Assembly (NCBI GenBank): GCA_964016885.1
Contig: OZ024762.1
Location: 1,116,001-1,180,000, forward strand
Origin: Eledone cirrhosa
Lineage: Eukaryota
Direction: 5' to 3'
Length of the DNA: 64,000 bases
Shown here: positions 1 to 13,269 of the stretch, in pieces
How the letters are laid out: each line of letters opens with the position of its first letter
Position numbering within the stretch: position 1 is the stretch's first letter
Notes under the pieces: model-generated
The model's database searches: none
Told to the model about the DNA's origin: nothing
Seen by the model: the letters and a program-made list of their open reading frames with translations, nothing else
Program-made: the position numbers and the translations under genes

Positions 1-228
1 GTATACATATATTGTATATAATATATATATATATATATGTGTGTATGTATGTATATTGATAGGTAGATTGGCAGTAGTGACCACTAGGTCAACAAAAAAC
101 ACATCAAACTTTGTGTGTATATATATACACATATATATATACATATATACACATATATATATACACATACATATATATATACACACACATATATATATAT
201 ATATATATACACATAGTGAGTAGCGAAC

Positions 229-296
229 CTGTATGTAATATTCCACAAGATATCTGGCCATGTTGAAGTGTCGATCGGCTGGAGCAGGCATTCCAT
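229..296 (-). CDS. Possible first coding exon of a gene running off the left edge (MECLLQPIDTSTWPDILWNITYR)
   Basis: Short unique, CpG-richer stretch between microsatellites. ATG at 296 (minus), weak AG|gttcgc donor at 229/228, YY1-like CAAAATGGCG at 404-413. No recognisable homology. Confidence 0.25.
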
Positions 297-499
297 AGAC
301 GAGGAGTTATGAGGCGGGAAATAGTAAAACAACAAAACAACATAAAGAAGAAGAAACAAACAAAAGTACAACAAAACAAAAAAAAACAAGGTGGAATCTT
401 CGTCAAAATGGCGAGTTTTTGAGAGAGAAGAGGGACAGTGGTGACGAGATTCACGTTAGAAGTCTCGGAGTCTCGTTGTTACGACGATAGAGACGAAAG

Positions 500-1180
500 T
501 GAAGGAGGAAGGGGAGGAGATAATGGGGAGAAAGGAAGAGTAAGAGAAAAAAGGACAGAGAAAAGAGGAGTAGGGAGAGTAGATAAAGAGGTGAGAGAAA
601 GATAAGAGCGAAAGGAGAAGTAGGCAGAGGAGATAAAGAGGATAGAGGAAGAGAGAGAGAAAGATAGAGACGAAGGAGGAGAAGTAGGGGAGGAGATATA
701 GGGGGAAAGGAGGAGGAAGAAGGAGTAGGGAGGAGAAGGAGGAAAAGGAAGTTAGTGACGAAGGGTAGAAGGGAGAGGAGAGGAAAGAGACGAGGCAGAG
801 AGAAGGGAAGAAGAGGAGAGAGAGAGAAAGATAGAGAAAAAACAAGGAGAAAGGGAGCAGAGTGAGGAAGAGAAAGAGAGAGACGAAGCGAAGTAGGGAG
901 AGGAGAGGGAAGGAAGAGGCGTTGTGGTATATTTTTTCAGTGATGACGATGGGAAAAGAAAGAACAAGTATGATTTGGGAGGAGTAGGAGGGAGAGAGAG
1001 AGAGATTAAGACTAAAAGGAGTAGCAGAGAGAGAAAGAGTATAGAACTAAGAGAGGAGGTAGCAGAGAAAGAGAGAGTAAGAAACTGAAAGGAGTAGCAG
1101 AGAGAGAGATAGAGAAACATATTAAACCGAAGGAGTAGTGGAGAGAGAGAGGGGGAGTATGGAACTGGAAGAAAGAAAGA
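500..1180. repeat. Purine-rich (GA) low-complexity tract
   Basis: Almost only G/A on the + strand; it explains the S/L/F-rich spurious minus-strand ORFs. Confidence 0.85.
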
Positions 1181-1387
1181 TCAAAGTCATTTTGTTATCA
1201 CACACGATGACTGATGACTGATGCGTACGACTATAAATATATATGTGTGTGTATATATATATATATATATGTGTGTGTATATATATATATATGTGTGTGT
1301 GTATATATATATATATATGTGTATGTGTATATATATATATATGTGTGTATATATAAATATATATATATATATATATGTGTGTTTGTG

Positions 1388-1442
<55 letters not shown>

Positions 1443-1511
1443 ATATATAAATATATATATATATATATGTGTGTTTGTGTATATATATATGTGTGTATAT
1501 ATATATATATT

Positions 1512-1565
<54 letters not shown>

Positions 1566-1813
1566 TATTAAAACAATGAAATTAAACACAAAACGGTTAA
1601 TTCATATAAAACTCATTATTTTACGATCGTTTCTGGGGGGTAGTTCCCCGTTTTAAACTTCGCTTCACGACATCTTCTACATACGGATTACATTGAGTTC
1701 TTCATACGTTTTAGACCCTACCATTGATTGGTAGATTTATTTGTGCGTATATATATATAAAAGGGCGGTGCCCGAGCATGGCCTCAGCCAGATGGCTGAC
1801 ACCGGTAAAAGAG

Positions 1814-1849
<36 letters not shown>

Positions 1850-2267
1850 TGAGGGTGGCGTCGTAACTTTCTATCTTTCTACCTCTCCCTGTCATCTCGA
1901 AAACACACGGCATTCCCTTTTCTCTCTCTCTTTCTCTCTCTTTCCCTCTCTCTATATATATAAAGTGAGCGTGACGGACGAACAGACAGACAGACAGACA
2001 GTGCTCTTATTATAATACAGAAGATTAAGTTCATACACACACACGCACACATACACACACACGCGCGCGCACACACACACATACACGCGCGCACACACAC
2101 GCACATATATTATCATGTATTTTAGGAAATATGGTAAAAAAGGCTCCCAGTTCACACTGTAATAGTGGTTGGTGTTAGGAATGGCCTCCAGCTGTAGAAG
2201 ACCTGCCATACAGTTCTGTACAAGTGAGACACGGTCATCTGATCAATCTTGCCACAAGTGGAACATA

Positions 2268-3360
2268 TTACCTCACATAATATCTCACATAACATTTACA
2301 TTACTCTATATATACTATTATATTTTCACAGTAAAGGCTTTACCTCACATAATATCTCACATAACATTTACATTACTCTATATATACTATTGTATTTTCA
2401 CAGTAAAGGCTTTACCTCACATAATATCTCACATAACATTTACATTACTCTATATATACTATTGTATTTTCACAGTAAAGGCTTTACCTCACATAATATC
2501 TCACATAACATTTACATTACTCTATATATACTATTATATTTTCACAGTAAAGGCTTTATCTCACATAATATCTCACATAACATTTACATTACTCTATATA
2601 TACTATTGTATTTTCACAGTAAAGGCTTTACCTCACATAATATCTCACATAACATTTACATTACTCTATATATACTATTATATTTTCACAGTAAAGGCTT
2701 TATCTCACATAATATCTCACATAACATTTACATTACTCTATATATACTATTGTATTATCACAGTAAAGGCTTTACCTCACATAATATCTCACATAACATT
2801 TACATTACTCTATATATACTATTGTATTTTCACAGTAAAGGCTTTACCTCACATAATATCTCACATTACATTTACATTACTCTATATATACTATTATATT
2901 TTCACAGTAAAGGCTTTACCTCACATAATATCTCACATAACATTTACATTACTCTATATATACTATTGTATTGTCACAGTAAAGGCTTTACCTCACATAA
3001 TATCTCACATAACATTTAGATTACTCTATATATACTATTATATTTTCACAGTAAAGGCTTTACCTCACATAATATCTCACATAACATTTACATTACTCTA
3101 TATATACTATTGTATTTTCACAGTAAAGGCTTTACCTCACATAACATCTCACATAACATTTACATTACTCTATATATACTATTATATTTTCACAGTAAAG
3201 GCTTTACCTCACATAATATCTCACATAACATTTAGATTACTCTATATATACTATTGTATTTTCACAGTAAAGGCTTTACCTCACATAACATCTCACATAA
3301 CATTTACATTACTCTATATATACTATTGTATTTTCATGGTAAAGGCTTTACCTCACATAA
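2268..3360 (+). repeat. 72-bp tandem repeat (about 15 copies) derived from a TTAA-flanked MITE
   Basis: Unit ttacctcacataatatctcacataacatttacattactctatatatactattgtattttcacagtaaaggct recurs every 72 nt (2340, 2412, ...). The rest of the MITE follows, ending aaaaggttaa at about 3493. Confidence 0.95.
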
Positions 3361-4444
3361 TATTGAATCTATGAGGTTTTAAAAGTATTTATTTTGAAAA
3401 CAATACCTTAACATAAGTTTGAGCGACTGGTTACAGCCAGTTTGAACAGATAGAGGTAGATAATTCTGGCCACTTTGAACATTAAAAGGTTAACCTGAAA
3501 TTGGCCAGTTTCTCGAGACTATAAACCAGAGATTAAAGAATAATAACACCCAGGTATAATTTGGAGGTCAGTTTGTGTGGAGAGATGTTGCTCCAACTAT
3601 TGCTGTAGATTGACATGCCGTCATCTCTGTACAGTGCACACTTTCAAACCCATCACAATACTTGCGGAGGCTGGGGTGGAATGGTCCTTCAGAACACTCT
3701 AGATGGGGCACTCTTTCACGAGCAAAGTATTTCAGGATATTTCTTCTTCTTCTTCTTCTTCTTCTTCTTCTTTTTCTTCTTCTTCTTCTTGGAAGAGTCG
3801 TGGGGGCAAAGTTCTTCTTCTCCCACTTATTCTTGAGAGGGTTGTGAGGGGGCAGAGTCCTCAAACACTCCTTCCAGTAGATCTTGGCAGAAGTATCCGT
3901 CTCCAACTGATGCAGCTGGATCCCCAAGTAAGACCAACCAAGCTCATGGATGTTATCCAAACATCTTGCTCAGGGTGGTTCTACCTCTGGATTTCCTGCC
4001 AGTTGGTTTTACCTGTAAAATCTCTCCATCTCTTTCTCACTTCACCTCTTACTCTCTCACTTCTTCCCTGGAAAAAAAAAATCGTCTGTGTTCAGACCTG
4101 GAGAAGAGGAGATGATTAGCTCCGCTGGGTTTTAGATATCCAGTATACGTCATATGTTACCACTGCGCTCTATCAACCCCACTAGGAGCTACGGTCGCTC
4201 TCCAACAGGTTTACGATCGTGCCCTTGGCAGTGGAGACTTTTGGTGTCCTTGGCCCTAGGGTTACCTCCCTACTCACCCCCATAGGTGCTGAGCTACCCA
4301 GCCGCAGGTGCATTTCCTCCGGGAAAACGCCTTCTCCATCCTGTCCGCCGGGGCTGTGGGGAGGTCAGCACGTGGGACCCCATTTGCTCACCATACAAAT
4401 TAATAGGCAAAGTTATAAACTATTGTAAATAAACCTATTTAATT

Positions 4445-4670
4445 TTCAGACATGTGATGCGCATGGAGGATGACCGCTGGATGAAGAAGTGCTAAGAAAT
4501 GCCAGTAGTAGAGGAAGACCACGAAAAACATGGGCGGAGGTGGTGAGATCTGACCTCAGATTGCTGAAGCTCACGAAGGACCGTGACAAGTGGAGAGATG
4601 CTGTGCTGAATAGGACCCGTCCCGTCCTTGCAAGCAGGGAAAAGCAGACGTAAAATGATAATGATGATGT
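4445..4670 (+). mobile_element. Short 3' fragment of an RTE-type LINE (related copies at about 21583-21866 and 46880-47146)
   Basis: Degenerate HVMRMED...WRDAVL coding remnant followed by an (ATG)n tail; near-identical copies elsewhere in the window. Confidence 0.7.
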
Positions 4671-5172
4671 AAAAGTGGGTTATATAAAGATAAGGAATCA
4701 AATTGACAGCTTTTGGAACTAGAAACATCACAGTATGTAAGGAATGTATTCATCACATTTTGAAATGGTTTAACTAATGTAACTACTTCTATAACAACAT
4801 CGATGGTGTAGCAAGTAACGCCAGTTCAGTGAAATTCAACGAGAGAAAAATTTAGTCAGTTAAGGGGAAATAACTCTTCTAATAGCATTTTTTTTTTTTT
4901 TACGTAGTTTTCAGAATTTTAACTAAGGAAAAGATCTCCATGGAAGATATTAATTAAGTTTTTGTGTGAATGAAATCCAATATTTTCCATGGCTATTGTT
5001 AAAGAATTATACTTCAAATTACTCTTATGTTGCTATTACATGAATAAGTCAATCCATTAAATGACTGTGTGTCCGTGAAATATATATATATATATATATG
5101 TATGAATGAAGTAATTCCGTCGGAAAAGTGCAGGAAAAAAGAGTGCTCTATGTAGTTAACAGAGCTTAATAG

Positions 5173-5203
<31 letters not shown>

Positions 5204-5248
5204 CATCAATACCATAAACACAGAGCTGGCATATCTAAGAACTGACTA

Positions 5249-5304
5249 ACTGCCTGATGAGGTCATAGCCATTCAATGGCTATCATCGAAATATATATAG
5301 CAGT
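5249..5304 (+). ncRNA. Minimal type I hammerhead ribozyme motif (Penelope-like retroelement type)
   Basis: ACTGC-CTGATGA-GGTcATAGCCA/TTCAA/TGGCTATcATC-GAAA-TATATA-TA-GCAGT: stem I ACTGC/GCAGT, intact core boxes, paired stem II, palindromic minimal stem III. Confidence 0.7.
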
Positions 5305-6450
5305 AAATAAAGGTTATGAGTTCGTGCAATTGACTTATGTTTCGTCACTATATATATACAAGCAAAAAGGATATTTAATTTATTGGTAATTCAACAAATA
5401 TAAATGTTTATAACTGATTCGAAGCACTTGACAAGTTTTCTGGAGTATAATATCAATGATATTAAATAAATGGAAACTATATTTATAAAACCATATTTAT
5501 CCTATTATTTATTCTATCAAGGGTACCAAAACTTTGGTACGCCCTCATCAGATAAAATACAAAGATTGTTTTATAAATATTGACATATCCAGGAAGAAGA
5601 TCTTAACAATTCAAGTTTTTCCTGGATTGTAAATGGAAAGAAGGGAAAGAGAAGAAAAGTCAAATATTTCAAATTATTAAGATGAGTATGCAAATGAGGT
5701 TGAGGTATAGGGCTGAAAAAAAACAACGTTATTTTTAGATGCTAGGTAGATTTAAATAATCATTAGGATATCTGTATGTATGTGTAGGAAGAAGAAAGAG
5801 AAAGAAAGAAGAGCTTGTATTTACGTGAATTTAAAAAGAATTAACAGTTTGTAGGAATGGTGGAATATGATTCCAGAATTAAAAAAATTATTTAGCTATA
5901 TTATAAGTTATATTATATATATAATCAATTAAATTAAATGAAGAATTATGGTTGTAAGTACATTTTATCTTATTACATTGCAACAGGTTTTAAGTATATA
6001 AATATCTATATCAATTAACACCAAACACTCTACCTCTCTATATCTACACGCACGCAGGCGCACGCACTTTCACACATGTTAAATCTTCATTACGTTTATT
6101 GAGGTGTGACGCATGTTTCGCGATTGATCAGCTCAAGGTTCGATCTGTATCGATCTGGCCTGACTCTGGAATCAAAAGCTCGTCGGACGTATGTTACTCC
6201 CCCACCCCACCCCACCCACACACACATATATACAGTGGCGGACTAGTCTAAAATTATTGGCTGCCAGGAGATGAAGGGGGCCCACCTACATATAGAATGC
6301 TATCATTTAATGTTTATAATGAATAAATAACATTTCCGAAAAATAAGTGGTAACAAAACAGTGCAATCAAATTTTTGCGCGAAAATAGCTTACCTTCTCC
6401 AATAAAAAAATATGTATTTTGCGAAATCCAGAGACTTTCAGTAATGACCA

Positions 6451-6877
6451 GAAGTTGACCCTTAATATTACTAATAGCTCTAGGAAAGTCATGAACGCCA
6501 TCACATCTTTTTAACTTTGATTTTGAAAGTAGGTTTATAATTATAATTTTTCATTATACTTTTGTAGCTGTCTCGGTGGCTTAGTTGGAGGAGTCATAGA
6601 CGGTGGTGATCCTGGTCTGAAGTTCGATCCTGGTCAGTTTTTTTCTATTGGTTGTAAAATAAAAACAGAAAAAGGTTACATGTATCTCTAGACCAGGATT
6701 GAACCCAAGCTCAGGATCTCCACCGTCTCTAGTACCTACCACTAGGCCACAGAGAGAACTACAAAATACTTATGAAAATTCATACTTATAAACCTATTTT
6801 CAAAATTTTCAATACAAAGTGCTGTGGTGTTGTTCATGTCTTTCTTAATGTTATTGCTCCTACTTAAGGTCGACTTC
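6451..6877. mobile_element. Imperfect palindromic (fold-back/MITE-like) element of about 430 bp with two inverted tRNA-like heads
   Basis: Arms pair from gaagttgacc...gtaggtttataa to ttataaacctat...ggtcgacttc. The left arm has A-box-like TGGCTTAGTTGG and B-box-like GTTCGATCC, mirrored on the right arm. Confidence 0.6.
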
Positions 6878-7098
6878 TAAATCATTTGGGTGTTCCATAA
6901 ACTACATCCTCGTTTTGTTTCACATCTATCTAGACTATATTTTAACCTGTAATACATGTTTCATTTCTGTTGCACCTCATTTCTAACCCCCTCACTCTCT
7001 CTCTCTTTCTCTGTGATATTTGAATGTACTATGATTTGGGCTTACTTTATTCATATATATATGTTTTTGCATGTCAGATTCACACTTACAATGATTGG

Positions 7099-7153
<55 letters not shown>

Positions 7154-7310
7154 AAAAGGTATGACCCCGACGGAAGAGCTCAAGCCGTTTTGACGGCTAT
7201 TTCTAGACTATATATATATATATATATATATATTACCCACTCTACTACCAAAAGTATCGAATACTCTGGGGCGTTATGGTCCACCTGGTTACTTACCACA
7301 CTTCCTTCGT

Positions 7311-7369
<59 letters not shown>

Positions 7370-7371
7370 GT

Positions 7372-7456
<85 letters not shown>

Positions 7457-7957
7457 ACGTGTGTATGTGGCTGTGTGTCCGTGTTTGTGTGTTTACGTTT
7501 ACTGTTTGTTTATGTCCCGTAACTTCGCAGTTCGACACACAGAGATCGATAAAAGAAGTACTAGATTTAGTTTTTTTCTTTCTTTCTTTTTTTTTTTGTT
7601 AATGTGTTCTGGGTGTCGGATATGATCGACTAAATCTCTTGAAGCCTTGCTGCAGCTTGGGCGCATTCTCGTGACTGAAACCAGTCAAGAAGCTAAAGAA
7701 AGAAGCATACATTACATATCTGTCGTGCACACAACAAACGTTAGTTCCCTTAAGCGTGTATATAAACATAATATACACGCTTGCAATTGTGTTCTTTGTA
7801 AAGAAATATTGACATATCATCGCGTACCAATACATTAGTTAAATACTATATATATATATACTGTATAGCATAGAGCGTAGCGTAACATATATACAGGTTC
7901 CTGTATAAAAAGTACACACATCATCATCTCTCTCACTCTCTCTCTCTATATATATAT

Positions 7958-8011
7958 ACAGGGTGTCCCTACAAATGCTATTGAAGAGTGTATACATTTC
8001 TAGGGACACCC

Positions 8012-8044
<33 letters not shown>

Positions 8045-8130
8045 GTATACAGGGTGTTCCTTAAAAATGTATACACACTTCAACAGCAGATAACTCAAAG
8101 TGTGTATACACTTTTGGGGGACACCTTGTA
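7958..8130. mobile_element. Two tiny Tc1/mariner-like MITEs (TA-CAGGGTGTCCC...GGGACACCCTG-TA); more at about 24043-24121 and 28366-28620
   Basis: Terminal inverted repeats CAGGGTGT(C/T)CC inserted in TA microsatellites. Confidence 0.65.
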
Positions 8131-8199
8131 TATATTCACATTACACACACAAATACCGTAAATATACCACACACATATATATATATATATATTGTGTTT

Positions 8200-8237
<38 letters not shown>

Positions 8238-8562
8238 CATCTGCTGTCAGCACACCTAGCGGCCCCACACACTTAATCAGGTTAACATTGCATATTTATG
8301 TTAATAGAATCTGAGCATACACGATGCAGCAGTCGTCGTGATATATATACATATATATATATAGAAATATATGTATATATATATACATGAACGATGTGCA
8401 ATTTACGCATATAAACGACAGCACCATCGTCTTCAGCATCAGCCGTTTTATCAACGACACTATTAGCACCACACCCACCACACACATTACACACCGGATC
8501 CACCACCACCATCTCTACTGCTGCGTCTAGATATAGTCAATCAATCAGAAGGCACTTCCCTC

Positions 8563-8576
8563 GTTGCTAAGGAAAC
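8563..8576. promoter_or_regulatory. RFX X-box-like site in a candidate promoter for the HHCC variable exon
   Basis: GTTGCTAAGGAAAC matches the X-box pattern GTYNCY-N(0-3)-RGNAAC, in a locally GC-richer unique stretch. Confidence 0.35.
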
Positions 8577-9543
8577 TGGCCCGGGCCTCTGTATGCTGTA
8601 AGAGCGAACAGCCTACATTTCATGAATTTCACCAGCTGTGAACTTTATCACATTCAACCTACTTACTCTATATTTGTCGTATGTAATGATCGTATTTCAC
8701 AATATAGAAGCTAGCCAAGCTAACCAAGGAACTAAACAAACTCTGGATAACTTAAATATCTGAGAAAATAACGGAAGAAAACTAGAAGAAAGAAAGTATC
8801 TGCTTAAACAAAATATTTTTAATAATAACAGACTTTCACCATTGTATTTCACGCACATATTTCCACCTCGTATATAATATTTTCTGGCATTTTAACTTCC
8901 ATTATATTTAATGGAGACGAAATATTTTCCTCCCTTATTTTATTTCATCTTATGGAATTAAGACTGTTTGTGATTTTTAGTGAAAAATCATGACTTATTC
9001 CCTGAAAACCATACATTTTCTACATGTGATTCATATATTACATGGCTGAGTATTGATTTAAAGCAAGCATATTCTTTTTAAAAGCTTATCCACTCATCGA
9101 TCCTTCTCTTCATTTTCTCCAAACGTATGTGTGAAGATTTAATGCTTACATTACATAAACTACACAGGAATATACCATATATATTATCAAATATTATAAA
9201 TTGGTCAGAGAAAAAGACAAAACCACACAAATGTTGCCTTATTGCAGTGAATTTCACGATCTTGGATATTATACAGCATTTTTAGTCACCTCGTATAATT
9301 CATATTTTCTATTTACCCCAAATAGATAAAACTTCATTTCCCGCCTTACTCGTATATATATATACACTTTCAAATCTAAACCATCTCATGTAAAATATAT
9401 CTTTATTTACTAATATATATTTGTTTACTTTTGAAATTATTGATGTCATTCTTGTATAGCAAATTATATATATGTCTATATATATATGTATAGTTCGATA
9501 TATTTGGATTACGATTTAATTATCCGTGTATACATACATATAG

Positions 9544-9636
<93 letters not shown>

Positions 9637-10202
9637 CAAACCCAGCAATCTGAATCTAACAATAAGTCGGCAAACTTTAAAACTTCCTTTCTTTACACAT
9701 ATATATACACACATAAATGTATGTGTTGTGTATATGTCCGGATCCCGCTGTGTATACAGAATGTATATCTATAAATATATATATTGTATAAAATAAACAA
9801 TCGAATTTATCTTGTGTGTGTTTGTGTGGTATATAACTTGAAATTGTTTGACCATCACCTGCTGGTTTTAAACCTGACCCAGGGTTAAAAATAACAACAA
9901 CAGCACCAACAATAACAACAGCACCAACAACAACAGCAACAACAATAACAACACTCGAAATATTACCAGTAATATTTAATTGACTTCCTCCTCCCCCACC
10001 AAAAAAAGAATTGCTTGCCTTGTGCTTAAAGTAGAAACAATTATTATTATTATTATTATTTGCCTTTCATCCTTACGGGGGTCGATAAAATAAAGTACCA
10101 GTAACGCACTGGGGTCGATTTAATCGACTTTCTCCTCTCCTTCAAATTACTGGTCTTGTGCCTAAAGTAGAAACAATTATTTTTATTATTATTATTTTTT
10201 TA

Positions 10203-10796
10203 ATGATGATGATGGCCGAAGAAGAATTTCTGAGAACATGGAGAGTGAAGAAAAAAGAGAAGATTGGTAAAAACGTTGTAAGCATGACCAAGGAACAATA
10301 CAACAAGTATTTGCTTATTCTGAAGGGAGCTTGGGAGAAAAAAACCGCTTGGACAGGGGAAGAATATAATGTCACTCGTCGTTTTGATTTGGTCGCTAAT
10401 GACCAAGGGACGAAGCTGATTAAGAAACGAAGACTGAGGGACTCGGACACAACTATTCGTCCTTATATTGCCGACGAGGATCTATTCCGTGCTTTGAAAG
10501 CTGTCCATTTGACCCATTCCCATGCTGGTATCAACCGTATGCAGAACATAACCCGTCAGTTGTATGCTAATGTGACGGCAGAGGCTATTAAAATCTATAT
10601 TTCTTTGTGTCCGAGGTGTAGCAGTCGTAGACATGGAAACTACAAGATCCATCCTGGTAGGAGCAGCTTCAATAAATGTTCGGTTAAATCGGTCAACACT
10701 TTACCGGTCAGACGAAACGACGAGAAATGCCAGACACAATCGGATTTGTTTATGCTGGGATTATTAAAAAATGAGGAAGATTTGGTGATGAACAAT
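10203..10796 (+). CDS. Variable exon A1: integrase-type HHCC zinc-binding domain (KRBA2/SCAND3/NOL4-like, Ginger/retroelement-integrase derived)
   Basis: Motif HLTHSHAGINRMQNITRQLYANVTAEAIKIYISLCPRC (H-x4-H...C-x2-C), preceded by MTKEQYNKYL and IADEDLFRALKAVH. No DDE core follows. Ends at phase-0 donor AAT|gtaagt (10796/10797). Confidence 0.8.
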
Positions 10797-10854
10797 GTAA
10801 GTTTATACGTATTTGTCTCCCTTGGACTGTCTTGTTTCTTATCGCTGACTCTTA

Positions 10855-11135
10855 AGCGTGGCTTAGTAGTAAGGGTGTTGGACTTCGACTATAATATCGT
10901 GGGTTCGATTCCTGGGCTGGGTCGTGTTGTGTTCTTCAGCAAAACACTTCATTTCATGTTGCTCCAGTATAATCAGTTGTAAAGGAGTACCAGCTGTAAT
11001 ATATGGGGATTTAACCCTGTGATGGACTGGCGTCCTGTCTAGGGGGAAGTCTTGTGCTCTCAGTTGCTTCACATCACGGAAACTTGGGTACGTACCGGCC
11101 TGGTGAGCTTCTGGCTTCGAGACAGACTTTAGACT
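10855..11135 (+). mobile_element. tRNA-derived SINE (related copies at about 20500-20780, 32115-32440, 57250-57480 minus, 61830-61990 minus)
   Basis: A box TGGCTTAGTAGT, B box GGTTCGATTCC, followed by a conserved body gtgttgtgttctt..gcaa.acact..atttca.gttgctccag. Confidence 0.8.
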
Positions 11136-11378
11136 TTATATATATAATCGGGGGAAACCACAGCAAGGTACTCAATACATTAGTAGAGTGTAAACATAAT
11201 GTTTAATATAGAAATGGCTTCTACAGGACTAGAACTGTTTCAAAAAAAATCATCAGAAAAGATTTCCTGATGATTTCTTTTGAATATATATATGTGCGTG
11301 TGAGTAATTGTTTACTAATGTAAAAATATATATATGATTAAAATCGATCTTCTATTTGGTATATATATCTCTTTGTAG

Positions 11379-11435
11379 CTTGAAACCCTTGTGAAAGTGG
11401 AACACACAGAAACTTCTGGTCTAACTGAACATCAG
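11379..11435 (+). CDS. Variable exon A2: 57-nt in-frame micro-exon (LETLVKVEHTETSGLTEHQ)
   Basis: ctttgtag| acceptor and CAG|gtaaac donor; phase 0/0, open, and containing a VKVE SUMO-consensus motif. Confidence 0.7.
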
Positions 11436-11914
11436 GTAAACATCTTCGCTCACTTATTCCTTCAAACACTCCCTCTAGTGGGTCCTGTCAGAAGCAATCA
11501 ACTCCAACTGATCCGGCTAGATCCCTCAAGTGTGACCAGCCAAGGCTCATGGATGTTATCCATCCATCTTGTTCGGGGTCTACCCCTGGGTCTCCTACCT
11601 GTTGATTTCGCCTGTAAAATCTATTTTGGTTTTTAATTCATCTTTTTTTAACTAAAAATTTATTTAACGTTTGTTTGTGAGGTGGGAGTAATAATTAGTT
11701 TTAAAAAACTCCACAATAATAATGGTAAATTTGTACGGGTTTTGTGGGAGGAGGTTATCAAAATTTCATTTCATTTTCAACGTATGATGGGTGTAAATTG
11801 TAAAAGTTGCTGCTGTTATAGTTAGTATATAAAAACACGTGTATTCGTTGAGGAGTGATTAACATGTTTGGTAAAACTGGAGAATCGCGGCGGCACAGTT
11901 AAAATTATATAGGG

Positions 11915-12230
11915 AAATAATAATTGTTTGTACTTTCGGCACAAGGCCAGCAATTATCTCAGTGTATTACTGGTTCTTTATCGACCCTTAAGGATGAAAG
12001 GCAAAGTTAACCTCGGCAGGATTTGAACTCAGAATAATAATGATTTCTAGTATAGGCACAAGGCCAGTTATTTGGGGGAAGGGGAAAGTCGATAAAATCG
12101 ACTCCAGTGTATTATTGGTACTTTATTTTGTCGACGCTAACCGGCGGAATTTGAACTCAGACTGTAAAGAGCCGTAACTCTATGCTGCAAAGCATGTTAT
12201 CCGACGCTCTACCGATTATATTGCCAATCC
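11915..12230 (-). mobile_element. Second tRNA-derived SINE family (gagttcaaat.ccgccgagg.taactttgcctttcatcc...gtcgataaaataaagtaccag); many copies, e.g. 28690-29190, 48510-48690, 54655-54840, 62030-62400
   Basis: Repeated dispersed sequence with B-box GAGTTCAAATCC and an (ATT)n tail. Confidence 0.75.
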
Positions 12231-12259
12231 GTCCTAAATATCGTAAATATTGACTTTTC

Positions 12260-12552
12260 TGAATTACCGGAACATAAATTTAGTTTTTACTCCGCTCACA
12301 TTTCCTATTTTTATTGTTTTAAACTTCCTCGTGTGACAGAACATATATGGAGAGCCGGCGGTACCTTTATGGCAAACCCCTCCCATCCTTAGGGCGCATT
12401 TCTATAATTAAATTAAATATATTGAATATATAACAATTTCCTCAGCGATGAATAATCACTAAATATTTTTTCCGTGTAGCAGCGTTATGGAAATATCCAA
12501 AGTGGTGGAGAGGGTTGTATGGTGTTATGACCTGTTACATGATTTGGCGTGG
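12260..12552 (+). promoter_or_regulatory. Candidate promoter and non-coding first exon for the FLYWCH variable exon
   Basis: ETS-like ACCGGAAC at 12266, unique sequence, strong donor GG|gtgagt at 12552/12553, and an acceptor ttatag| at 13256, 13 nt before the FLYWCH ATG. The start coordinate is approximate. Confidence 0.4.
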
Positions 12553-13269
12553 GTGAGTGTGTATCGTGTTGTGGAAAATGCAGGCTCAGTAAATATTCTT
12601 AGTGTGGTCAAGAAACTAGATTTGTCAGTTTGACAAACTTTAAGTTGAAATAACTTACATAGAAATCGAATTGTGATCAAAGCATAGGAAATAAGAAAAA
12701 AAAAGCTATAAAACTTAAGTTTCGTTCCGTTTTGTTCAATCTAAGTTTTATGATCTAGTTACAAATTAATACAACTGTACTATTTGTTGTGGTTATATAA
12801 CTTAAGGTTAAAAATCAGCGTGTTAAAGTATTAATAAATTTATACTGGCCATTTGTATTTGTTGTTTAAGAGATAGAAAATTAAATTTTATAGTTTGTAA
12901 TGTATCGGGCTGAATTTAGTTGGTAAAAATAGATTCTTTCTCTCCCAATGTGAATGTTTTAAAAGATTGTCGTTTCGCCTGTCGTGTTTCGCCTTGTCCT
13001 AATTTTGCCTTAATTCGCCTTCAACTTTCCTATTTATTGAGTACCTGTCTGATACACCGGTTTTAAACATACAAAACAGAGCTATACATAGCTATATATC
13101 TGTATATAGTTATAAATATATCACATCTATTTATATATATATATAATTATCTATCTATATAATATATATATATATATATAATATATCTATATATATATAT
13201 ACATACACACAGTCGGTTTATCTAGAGTTCAGTAGAAGTATTTGTATTTGTTATAGGGCAATTGTTACT

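Noticed and set aside
41-1656. Many [12 protein letters not shown] ORFs here and across the window
   Set aside because: They are translations of (TA)n/(TG)n/(GA)n microsatellites, which lack stop codons in some frames.
2169-3374. 401-aa and 256-aa repetitive ORFs (also 37481-38265)
   Set aside because: They arise from 72- and 60-bp MITE-derived tandem units whose lengths are multiples of three; there is no protein signature.
10855-10925. tRNA genes at A/B-box motifs
   Set aside because: No full cloverleaf is evident, and the motifs continue into SINE bodies.
10797-10982. ORF-track C-terminal extensions of modules A, B (13846-13995) and C (26287-26346)
   Set aside because: They follow strong GT donors and read into T-rich intron or SINE sequence, so they are treated as intronic read-through.
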